IMG/VR virus record: IMGVR_UViG_3300010234_000017
Location: 1 to 47,281 of that record
From: a virus
Taxonomy: Duplodnaviria > Caudoviricetes
Strand: one strand, 5' to 3'
Length of the DNA: 47,281 nucleotides
The notes beneath the pieces are model-generated. The model saw only the letters and a list, made by a program, of their open reading frames with translations, was not told the origin of the DNA and ran no database searches. The position numbers and the translations under genes are program-made. How positions within the stretch are numbered: the first letter of the stretch is position 1; each line of letters opens with the position of its first letter. Below are positions 16,548 through 25,580 of this stretch, in pieces.

Positions 16548-16951
16548 TATTATTTATAGGTTTTATTATTGGTTGTTTTATTTCTCTACCATTAAATACT
16601 TGGTACGCTGACAAGAACCCTGTTGTACAAGATATGAAATCATATAGTACCTCAAGAGCAGATGGTTATTTGTATTTAGGAGTAGAGGGGAATAAAGCCA
16701 GAGACTGTGGACCTCCATTAGCTATTACAGGTTATTATGGAGATAAACAATTTATTAATATTGATTTCTTAGATGATCAACAAGGTAAAGAGTTTCTAAA
16801 ACCTGATAGTCAAGCCTTAGGTAATAATGACTTCGGTATTTGGAGGTTTTCACCATCTACGGACCAGAAAGAGATATTAGTACATACATTCCATAACTGT
16901 GATGGTACTATAGTTAAATCAGAATTTATATTAAATACTAAGGAACAATAA
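16535..16951 (+). CDS. Membrane-anchored or secreted protein
   Basis: N-terminal hydrophobic segment, Cys pair in the soluble part. Confidence 0.6.
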   Translation: MVKLILFIGFIIGCFISLPLNTWYADKNPVVQDMKSYSTSRADGYLYLGVEGNKARDCGPPLAITGYYGDKQFINIDFLDDQQGKEFLKPDSQALGNNDFGIWRFSPSTDQKEILVHTFHNCDGTIVKSEFILNTKEQ

Positions 16952-17721
16952 TGAGATACACCCTTTTACAAATGACTCAAAGAATCTTAGAGTCTATGGA
17001 TTCTGATGAAGTAAATAGCCATGCAGATACTATTGAGTCTAGGGCAGTGGCTAATGTTATTAAAGAGAGTTATGAATACTTAGTAAGTAAATCTGAACTC
17101 CCTAGTCTACACACACTATTTCATCTAGATGCCTCTGGTGACTCAACAAAGCCTTGTCTCATGACGTTACCTAGTAATGTTATTGATGTAGATTATATTA
17201 AGTATAAGATTTCTGGTAGTTCAGATGATATAGAGTATAGAACATTAGAGTACTTACCCCTAGAAGATTTTATTGATATGACCCTAGCTTTAAAGGAAAG
17301 TCAATCTTATGTCTCTACTATGACGGTAGCACTTAATGGTAATGACTTTACTTTCAAGTATCGTAATGACAATATGCCAACTTACTACACAAATATTGAT
17401 GATTTCAATCTTATCTTTGACTCCTATGACTCTACAGTAGATACTACTCTTCAGAACTCAAAGACTTTATGTAGAGGTAGGATAGTACCTACTTTCACTA
17501 TGGAAGATTCCTTTATTCCTTCTATAGAGCCTGATCAATTCCAATACCTTTTAAATGAGGCTAAGTCTCAGGCTTTTGTAGAATTAAAACAAACAGAGAA
17601 TGCTCACTCATCTAGACGAGCTGGTAAGATGCAAATGCATACCCATAAAACAAAACATAATATCCCTACTGGTATTCCAGAAGTGAGAAGAAGAGGTGGA
17701 TATGGTAAGACACGTGGTTAA
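16951..17721 (+). CDS. Tail adaptor (tail tubular protein A-like)
   Basis: MRYTLLQMTQRILESMDSDEVNS start typical of podovirus adaptor proteins; position. Confidence 0.75.
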   Translation: MRYTLLQMTQRILESMDSDEVNSHADTIESRAVANVIKESYEYLVSKSELPSLHTLFHLDASGDSTKPCLMTLPSNVIDVDYIKYKISGSSDDIEYRTLEYLPLEDFIDMTLALKESQSYVSTMTVALNGNDFTFKYRNDNMPTYYTNIDDFNLIFDSYDSTVDTTLQNSKTLCRGRIVPTFTMEDSFIPSIEPDQFQYLLNEAKSQAFVELKQTENAHSSRRAGKMQMHTHKTKHNIPTGIPEVRRRGGYGKTRG

Positions 17722-17902
17722 TGAACGGGAAGTAGGTATAGAGCTTGATGGTAAGGTTTATAGTGTAAGGCGTAATTATGAAAATAATCTATGGTCTATC
17801 TACTCAGGACCAAACGAACTTAACGGGTTATATACTACTTTAGATAAGGCAGAGACTTTTATTAAAAACTTTGTCCCTAAGAAAAAAACTAAACGAGGTT
17901 AA
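17696..17902 (+). CDS. Hypothetical protein
   Basis: Small ORF between tail genes; probable start ATG at about 17702. Confidence 0.6.
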   Translation: MDMVRHVVNEREVGIELDGKVYSVRRNYENNLWSIYSGPNELNGLYTTLDKAETFIKNFVPKKKTKRG

Positions 17903-17904
17903 TT

Positions 17905-20100
17905 ATGGGCCGTTCTTCAGGTTACATTGTAGAAAACTCCTTTACTCAAGGACTAAAAACTGAGGTTACTGGTCTAAACTTTCCTGAAGATGCTGTCACT
18001 GAGTCTGATAATTGTATTTTTAGTAAGACGGGTGAAGTTACTAGACGACTTGGCTTAGATATTGAAGTTGGCTCTACTTATGCTGACTTAGAAGCACAAG
18101 GGCTTGTAAAGACATTTAACTGGGAGTCTGCTTCCCAAGTTGGTACTAATAACTTTATTGTAGTGTCTATCGGCTACTATATTTATTTCTATGACAAATC
18201 AGAATTTCCTCTGTCTAGTGGTAAAAAATCTTTTACTATTGATCTAAGGAATTATAAAACATCAGAAGCAGCTACAGAAGATATTTTAAAGCTTCCTGCT
18301 TCCTTCTCAAGTGGTAATGGTTATCTATTTATTGCTCACCCTAAATGTGAACCTACATATACAAGTTACGATCTTGTTACAGATACTATCTCTACTAATT
18401 CTATTACTATTAAGATTAGAGATTTCCAAGGTTTAGATGATGGACTAGAAGTCACAGAAAGACCTACTACTCTCTCTTTAGAGCATGAGTATAATCTCCA
18501 TAACCAAGGTTGGCACTCAGCAGTAGGTGGAAGTAACCCTATTGAACAATGGAGAGCTGCAAACCTAGATAATGGAAGCCCAAACTATCCATCTAATTCA
18601 GATATCTACTATCTTTATAAAGATGCTAATGATACTTTTGTACCATCTAATTCAACTAACAGTGTGTTACCTAATACAGAAGCCCCTCAAGGTCATAAAA
18701 TCCTAGATGCTTTTTCCCTTAGAAGAGAATTAGATCACTCTTTATATAACTTTAATCCTCCTACTGGTTCAACAGCTACTAATGGCACTACAACACTGGT
18801 GTCTTTATTAACTACATCAGGTAACAGACCATCTCAAACAGAGTTCTATTCTTCACGAGTATGGTGGGCAGGTGTTAATAAAGAAGAGTTCGCATCTAAT
18901 ATATACTACTCTAAGATTATTGAAACAGAATCTGATTTCGGTAAGTGTTACCAACAAAACGATCCTACCTCAGAATTTATCTCAGACCTGCTGTCTAGTG
19001 ATGGTGGGGTTATTAAAATCCCTGAGGTCTCTGAGATTGTCCTTATTAAGGCTGTAGGTAACTTCCTTGTTGTATTCGCTAAGAATGGTATCTGGTCTAT
19101 TTCAGGTACTGACTTGACATCCTTTATTGCTGACTCTTATAAGATCACAAAGATTTCTGAGATTGGTGCTATTTCATCTCTCTCCTTTGTATCAGCAGAT
19201 GGTATTCCTGTTTGGTGGAACACATCAGGTATCTATACACTGTCTATTGATGGTTCTTCAGAAGGTGCTAAGGTAGTCTCTATAACAAACAATACTATTA
19301 AAACCTTCTTTGAGAATATTCCTTCTGAGTCTAAGTACTATGTACAGGGCGCTTTTGATCTACTAGAAAAAACTATTACTTGGGTATATAGATCAACACA
19401 ACCGGGTGGACTAGATTATTTTGATCAATTCTACTACGACTCTGCATTAGTCTTAAACTTGGATACTTCAGCTTTTTACCCACACTCGTTTCCCTCTACA
19501 GATGTTTATATTGGAGGTATTATTAATATCTCAGGTAACTTTGAAAGATTAGTAGAACAAGTGGTTACAGATGGTTCAGGTAATACAGTTACAGACGGAT
19601 TAGGTAATGATGTAACTTCCCCTGTATTAGAACAAACATTTACAGATTCTGTAAATAAGTTCTTTGTACATAAGGTATCAGCTACATCAGGTAATAGAAA
19701 CTTCTCATGGGGTGACTTAACAGACATCAGATACTTAGACTTCTATACAGAGGATTCTACAGGAGTTGATTACTTATCTTACTTTATCTCAGGTTATAGA
19801 CTTAGAGGTGATGGAATGAGAGATTTTCAGAACAACTATATTACTATATACTCTAGAGTAGAGGATAGCTCATCTTTCTTTATTTCAGGTAAGTGGGATT
19901 TCAGTAATAATACTAATAGTCTAAGAGATACTACTAAGCAACAAGGATATTCCAGTAAACCTTTCCAAGAGTATTCCTTTAGGAAATTAAAAATTAGAGG
20001 TACTGGTAAGTCTCTTCAATATAGACTTGAATCAGAAACTGGTAAACCTTTTAACATTATTGGTTGGTCAGTATTTGATACAGTTAATAACATAGGTTAA
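17905..20100 (+). CDS. Tail nozzle (tail tubular protein B / stabilisation protein)
   Basis: 731-aa beta-rich protein, F..GL start, IYYSK and LVVFAKNGIWSI propeller motifs, RGTGKSLQYRL end. Confidence 0.8.
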   Translation: MGRSSGYIVENSFTQGLKTEVTGLNFPEDAVTESDNCIFSKTGEVTRRLGLDIEVGSTYADLEAQGLVKTFNWESASQVGTNNFIVVSIGYYIYFYDKSEFPLSSGKKSFTIDLRNYKTSEAATEDILKLPASFSSGNGYLFIAHPKCEPTYTSYDLVTDTISTNSITIKIRDFQGLDDGLEVTERPTTLSLEHEYNLHNQGWHSAVGGSNPIEQWRAANLDNGSPNYPSNSDIYYLYKDANDTFVPSNSTNSVLPNTEAPQGHKILDAFSLRRELDHSLYNFNPPTGSTATNGTTTLVSLLTTSGNRPSQTEFYSSRVWWAGVNKEEFASNIYYSKIIETESDFGKCYQQNDPTSEFISDLLSSDGGVIKIPEVSEIVLIKAVGNFLVVFAKNGIWSISGTDLTSFIADSYKITKISEIGAISSLSFVSADGIPVWWNTSGIYTLSIDGSSEGAKVVSITNNTIKTFFENIPSESKYYVQGAFDLLEKTITWVYRSTQPGGLDYFDQFYYDSALVLNLDTSAFYPHSFPSTDVYIGGIINISGNFERLVEQVVTDGSGNTVTDGLGNDVTSPVLEQTFTDSVNKFFVHKVSATSGNRNFSWGDLTDIRYLDFYTEDSTGVDYLSYFISGYRLRGDGMRDFQNNYITIYSRVEDSSSFFISGKWDFSNNTNSLRDTTKQQGYSSKPFQEYSFRKLKIRGTGKSLQYRLESETGKPFNIIGWSVFDTVNNIG

Positions 20101-20101
20101 T

Positions 20102-20542
20102 ATGCTAAAGATACTTAATAGAGAAGATAAACAAAATTGTATGGAGTTGCTTGAGGCTTTTTTCCTTGAGTCTCCATACAACACAATGACATACTCAGAA
20201 GATAAAGTCTCTGATGCTCTTGAAAATGCTTTTGACAACAAGGATATGATTATACTAGGCTATGTAAAAGATAATGAAGTAGTTGGTATTATTATTGGAG
20301 GTACTATCTCCTGTATGTTTTCAGAAGACTTAATTGCAAGCGAACTTGTGTGGTTCATGAAGAAGGATCACAGAAACGGTCTTAGTTCTGTAAAATTACA
20401 TAAGGCTTTTGAGTATTGGGCTAAAGAAGTTAAGAAAGTAAGTGGAGTTGTTATGGCACACTTAAATGATGATAAAGTTTCTAAATATTATAAAAGACAA
20501 GGCTACGCTAAACGCGAAGAAGCCTATTACAAGGAGTTTTAA
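20102..20542 (+). CDS. GNAT-family acetyltransferase
   Basis: ELVWFMKKDHRNG...AFEYWAKE...YYKRQGY. Confidence 0.8.
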   Translation: MLKILNREDKQNCMELLEAFFLESPYNTMTYSEDKVSDALENAFDNKDMIILGYVKDNEVVGIIIGGTISCMFSEDLIASELVWFMKKDHRNGLSSVKLHKAFEYWAKEVKKVSGVVMAHLNDDKVSKYYKRQGYAKREEAYYKEF

Positions 20543-20974
20543 ATGGCTGCACTAACTACAATTATCGCTGCTGCTGGTGTCGGTCTTTCAGGCGCTGGTG
20601 CATATCAGCAATACAGAGGACGTAAGAAAGCAGAAGCTGCACAAAGCCAAGCTGCAAGACTTCAGGCTGCAAGAGATCGTAGAAGTCAGGTAAGAAATCT
20701 TATTTTAAACAAAGCAAGAGCTCAATCGGCTGCAAGTGCTTCAGGTGCTCAGTTTGGTTCATCTCTACAAGGTGGTTTAAGTTCACTAACAGGTAATACA
20801 GCAGGTAATTTACAAGGTATTAACCAAGGTGAACAATTAGGTGCTGAAATTACGTCAGGTAATGCTCAAGCAAATATGGGTGGAGCTATCTCTTCTTTAG
20901 GTGGAGCCCTCATCAGAAACTCTCAAACAATTAGTAGAGTAGGACAACAATTTGGTTTACCAAACACCATTTGA
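20543..20974 (+). CDS. Small internal virion (ejection) protein
   Basis: A/G/Q-rich, amphipathic N-terminus; precedes large internal proteins. Confidence 0.7.
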   Translation: MAALTTIIAAAGVGLSGAGAYQQYRGRKKAEAAQSQAARLQAARDRRSQVRNLILNKARAQSAASASGAQFGSSLQGGLSSLTGNTAGNLQGINQGEQLGAEITSGNAQANMGGAISSLGGALIRNSQTISRVGQQFGLPNTI

Positions 20975-23900
20975 TCAAGAAGATGATTCTCCTAAGATTG
21001 ATCTAGGCTTTAAAGACCCTCTAAAACGCTCACAGGAGGGTCTAGACGAGCGTAAGACTGTTGCTATGATTGCTGGTACCTCAAAAGGTGAAGAGGAAGT
21101 CTACAGGGCTTACAAAGAAGGTGAAGAAGAATCTATCTTTAATGAGATTGGGCAGATTAGACAAGAAAGAGATAACGAAAATAAGAAATCTCTTCTCTCT
21201 GATGCTGCTCAGTACAACAAAGAGCTTCTTCCTGATCTTGTAGAGGGTATGGCTAATGAGTCTCCTACAGACCATTCTGCTAACTCAGTAGATAAAGAGT
21301 ATGCACGTAAGGTTACAGAGGCTGTATCATTAGGTTCTATTACCCTTCCTGAGACTCTAGAGCAAGAACCTGAATCTGCTTATGCACAGATGGATGCCCT
21401 TGAGGAGTTCACTGCCAAGTCTTCTATTATTAGGGATATTGTAGATCAGACACGATCAAAGTTTAATGATAATAGTTTCTTTGATAAATCAGTAGATACT
21501 GCTAAAACATTTATCCCTTTTTATAGCTGGTATCAAAAACAAAATGCTGTAGAGAATGCACCTACATCTTCTTTCTTACCGGGAAATAACCTACAAGAAC
21601 AAATTCAATACCTATGGGCATTACCTATAGACAGAATTGGTCCTGAGTTCCAAGCTGCTGTTGACAGTATTGCTGAGAGCTCTGACCTAGAAGCTATGGT
21701 ATTTGCAGATGCATTTATTGAGTTTTCTAAGGATGACAAGAATCTTGAGAATATCTTTGGTGTTCTTGATATTGGCTCTTTAGTTCCGGGTACTCTAGTC
21801 TTTAAGGCTGGTACTAAGGTTGGTTCTAAATTAGCTCAAAAGAGTGGACAGACAGTTAAAAGTGCAGGTAAAGCTCTTATGGAGAATGGACCTGATCTTA
21901 AACATGTGGCTGATACACTAGGTAATACTCCTGTGGCTGCTACAGAGACTATCGTAGATGCAGGTATTGATACTGCTAAGGTTATTACAGATACTAAAGA
22001 CTTAGATAAAATCTTACCTTCTGTATATTCTATGTCAGATATCTTTAAGGATGTGAAGAACGTCTCTTCTAGTTCTATTCGTAAGCTTAAAGAGGCTGCA
22101 ATGGATAGAGGTGAGATGCTTAAACAAATCTCTCTAAACTCTGTTGGTGTCGATGTTATCACAGCAGCTGAACGTAAACTTATTGCTCAAGATATCTTAG
22201 AAGATATTAAGAAGGTACACCCTAATCTTAGAAACTCTGTTATTAATACGGATATTACCCCAGCTGAGAATACACTGGATAATGTTGATACCGTAGATAT
22301 CCTTTTTGGTAAACAAGATGGCTCTCTCTTTAAAACAGAAGCTAGTGCTAAGACTTGGATTAAACGTAACTTACAATTTAAGGATGCTGAGGTTAAGCCT
22401 ATTGGTGATGCTTTTGGTATTACTTATAGTAAACCTATTCCTGCTGCTGACAGATTAGAATCTATTGAATTAACCACAGATGCTGTTACTCCTAATAGTG
22501 CAGGTGGTTGGTTTAGACATCTACAGTCTGATGGTTATAATGGCTCTATGCAAGCTATTAAAGATAGACGTACAGTATCTGATTTATCTGAGAAGATGGG
22601 TAGAGTTATTGAGGCTGTCGGTGAACCAATTCAGAAGCTAAGTAATAAAGGTAGACAAGAAGTTGAGAAGGTTCTTTCTTTTACTAGAGAGAATGTTAAA
22701 CCTGATGGAACTCGTTCATGGTTAAACCTAGATGAGTTTGTAGATGAGTTTAAAAGACTGAATGATAAACTACCTACTGATGGTCAAGTAGAAAGCTATG
22801 TGGCTGCAAGACAACTAAACGAACTAGATTATGTATTCAGAGATATCTCTTTGATGAATAGAAAGAAACGTCTAGGTGTTGAGAAGTTCCGAGTAGGTCC
22901 AGATGTAGAAGAGTTTGAAGGTATCCAGAGAAAAGAAATTCCTTTTGGGGACTCTGATTTCTTTACAGTGGTTGCCATGAAAGATGGTAAGGCACTAAAG
23001 ACAGCTTCAAATAATACTACAGCTAAGAACCAAGAGTTCTTTAAGAACCTTATAGATGAAGGTTGGACACTCATTCAATCTTTTGAAGGTTCAACTAAGT
23101 ATGCCAAGAATAAAAGAGCTACATTTATTCTAACACAAGCCCCTGAAAGAAGACAAATCAGATTTGGTGAGTCTCTTAATTATCAAGCAGGTGGTCACAT
23201 TGTTCCTAAATACCCTTTCTATATTAAACAGGGTGATATCCAAATTGGTGCCAATGGTTCTCGTAACTATAAAGGTGATAATACAATCTGGAATGTCATG
23301 TCTAAGAAAGAAGGTCAGGAAATTACTAAGCATCTTGAACATGCCAGACAACTAAAAAAGAATGGTGATGAAGCAGGATTTGCAAAGTATGTAGATGATC
23401 ATTTACCTGAGATGTCAGCTAAGGACTGGAAGAGAATTAACCTTGATGTTCCTTTTGGTGTGACAAGAGCAGGTCAAAGACTTAGTAGTTCTTCTTATCG
23501 TCAAGGTGTAGATTTTGATAATAATCTAACTACTAATAAGTTTAACCTTTCTTCTCAGTTGAATGGTCAATTCGTAGGTGAAAGACAAGATACTGTAGTT
23601 GATGCCCTATTTAGAGAAACAGATTCTTTGATTAGGGTTGAGAAAGCAGAACTTGTATCTCCGTTTGAAGGTATGATGATTGGACTTAGAAGTGCTTTAG
23701 ACCAAAGAGTGATGGATGATTATGTCTTTAAGACTGCAAATGATTTCTCTAGGGAGTTTGGTGATGTACTAGATGCATCAGCTAATGAGATTAGAAGAAA
23801 CCCTATTGCTTTCTTAGCAGACCCTAAGTTTAAAGAGGGTGCTGATCCTGTGGCTGTTACAAAGGCTAAGAAGATTGCTAGTGTAACTAACAACATTCTA

Positions 23901-25580
23901 GGTAGACCAACACCAGCTTCAAGAGCTCTACAAACGTTTAAAGAAACTCTAGCAGAAGATACCTTAGCTAGATTTGGTAGAAACTCTATGGCAACTAAGA
24001 TTGTTAATGAGAGACTAATCCATACAGTAAAAGACCCTGCTGTCTATTTCAGAAGCTTGGCCTTTCATACTAAGATGGGTTTATTTAATGTTAAACAACT
24101 ATTCCTACAATCACAAGCATTAACTCAGATTGCCTCTATTGGAGGTACTAGAGATACATTAGGTTCTATTCCTGCATACATCTATGGCTATGGCCTAAGA
24201 TTAACTAGGAAGCCGGGTATGCTTGAGGATGCTGCTGAGAGAGTTGCTAGAATCCCCGGATCAGGTTTCACTAAGAAAGAGTTCCTTGAATCTCAAAGAG
24301 CTCTGGATGAATCTGGTTGGGATATCATTGGTGGCTCTGTAGCCATGAGGGATATGTATGAAGGTCCAAGTATTACTAGAAGTACTATTGGTAATACCTT
24401 AGAGCTTGGTACTACTCCCTTTAAGAAAGGTGAACATATTGGTCGTGTTATGGCATGGCATGTGGCTTATAAAAACTGGAAGAAAGCGAACCCTAACAAG
24501 ACTCTTGACCGAGCAGGGAAGCAATGGATACAGTTAAGAGCCTCTGACCTTACCTCTAATATGACAAGAGATATGAATGCTTCTTGGCAACGGGGTATGC
24601 TATCTGTTCCTACACAATTCTGGGGCTTCCAAGCTCGTGTGTTTGAGCAGATGATGTCACCTTCTTCTAGATTAACATTTAAAGAACGTGCAAGACTATT
24701 TAGTGGCATCTCTCTGATGTATGGTGTTCCTGTAGGTCTAGGTGCCGCTACCCAATTCCTTCCTGTTAATAAGGCTATTAAATCATATATCCTTGAGGAA
24801 GGTATGGAAGAGCAAGTAGAGGATAGTTTCTTATTAGAGACTGCCAGAGATGGTATCTTCTCTACATCAATTGAAATGCTAACAGGTATGGATTTTGATA
24901 CTTCTAACTTTGGTCCTGCTGGTAATGAGTACTTCTCAGATATGGTAGAAGGTAACTTAGAATGGTATGAAATGTTTGGTGGTGCTGGTGCATCTATTGC
25001 TGCTAACATTGCCTCTGATGTACTACCTGCATTATCAGGCATTGAGGATGCTATTACTTTAGATAATAAAGAGGGTGGTATGTTTAGTATTAATGAGGCT
25101 GAGGTTATTGATCTCTTAAATACATTCCAAGTATCTTCTTTAGATAATGCAACTAAGTTATGGAAAGCATTAAATACAGGTAAGTGGATTTCTCGTAATG
25201 GTACTATCCTTGGTGATGTATCTGTACAAGAGGCTTTCGTTTCATCAATCACAGGCCTTAGCACTGAGGATATCTCAGAGACATTCTTGAGACTAGATTC
25301 AGGTAAGAAAGTAAAAGAGCTTATCCGATCTGGTCAAAAACAAGTTACTTCTGAATACCAAAGAGCTAGGTTAGCTTTAGATAAGAAAGATGTTGATGCA
25401 TTTACTTACCATATGAAGAAAGCTAAGCAATATGGAATTGAGAATGGACTCACTAGTTCACATATGTCTCAATCATATAAAGATGGATTTGATCCAAAAA
25501 CCTTAGAAGAAGTAGGTTTAGAAGTAATGAATGACTATGTTGTTAAACATAAAGAACGTTTAGAAAGAGGAACTAAATAA
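20952..25580 (+). CDS. Large internal virion (ejection) protein
   Basis: 1542 aa helical protein in the ejection-protein position. Confidence 0.75.
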   Translation: MVYQTPFDQEDDSPKIDLGFKDPLKRSQEGLDERKTVAMIAGTSKGEEEVYRAYKEGEEESIFNEIGQIRQERDNENKKSLLSDAAQYNKELLPDLVEGMANESPTDHSANSVDKEYARKVTEAVSLGSITLPETLEQEPESAYAQMDALEEFTAKSSIIRDIVDQTRSKFNDNSFFDKSVDTAKTFIPFYSWYQKQNAVENAPTSSFLPGNNLQEQIQYLWALPIDRIGPEFQAAVDSIAESSDLEAMVFADAFIEFSKDDKNLENIFGVLDIGSLVPGTLVFKAGTKVGSKLAQKSGQTVKSAGKALMENGPDLKHVADTLGNTPVAATETIVDAGIDTAKVITDTKDLDKILPSVYSMSDIFKDVKNVSSSSIRKLKEAAMDRGEMLKQISLNSVGVDVITAAERKLIAQDILEDIKKVHPNLRNSVINTDITPAENTLDNVDTVDILFGKQDGSLFKTEASAKTWIKRNLQFKDAEVKPIGDAFGITYSKPIPAADRLESIELTTDAVTPNSAGGWFRHLQSDGYNGSMQAIKDRRTVSDLSEKMGRVIEAVGEPIQKLSNKGRQEVEKVLSFTRENVKPDGTRSWLNLDEFVDEFKRLNDKLPTDGQVESYVAARQLNELDYVFRDISLMNRKKRLGVEKFRVGPDVEEFEGIQRKEIPFGDSDFFTVVAMKDGKALKTASNNTTAKNQEFFKNLIDEGWTLIQSFEGSTKYAKNKRATFILTQAPERRQIRFGESLNYQAGGHIVPKYPFYIKQGDIQIGANGSRNYKGDNTIWNVMSKKEGQEITKHLEHARQLKKNGDEAGFAKYVDDHLPEMSAKDWKRINLDVPFGVTRAGQRLSSSSYRQGVDFDNNLTTNKFNLSSQLNGQFVGERQDTVVDALFRETDSLIRVEKAELVSPFEGMMIGLRSALDQRVMDDYVFKTANDFSREFGDVLDASANEIRRNPIAFLADPKFKEGADPVAVTKAKKIASVTNNILGRPTPASRALQTFKETLAEDTLARFGRNSMATKIVNERLIHTVKDPAVYFRSLAFHTKMGLFNVKQLFLQSQALTQIASIGGTRDTLGSIPAYIYGYGLRLTRKPGMLEDAAERVARIPGSGFTKKEFLESQRALDESGWDIIGGSVAMRDMYEGPSITRSTIGNTLELGTTPFKKGEHIGRVMAWHVAYKNWKKANPNKTLDRAGKQWIQLRASDLTSNMTRDMNASWQRGMLSVPTQFWGFQARVFEQMMSPSSRLTFKERARLFSGISLMYGVPVGLGAATQFLPVNKAIKSYILEEGMEEQVEDSFLLETARDGIFSTSIEMLTGMDFDTSNFGPAGNEYFSDMVEGNLEWYEMFGGAGASIAANIASDVLPALSGIEDAITLDNKEGGMFSINEAEVIDLLNTFQVSSLDNATKLWKALNTGKWISRNGTILGDVSVQEAFVSSITGLSTEDISETFLRLDSGKKVKELIRSGQKQVTSEYQRARLALDKKDVDAFTYHMKKAKQYGIENGLTSSHMSQSYKDGFDPKTLEEVGLEVMNDYVVKHKERLERGTK

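Noticed and set aside
24467-25264. 265-aa antisense ORF and other antisense ORFs inside structural genes
   Set aside because: Shadow frames of long sense genes; no RBS or motifs
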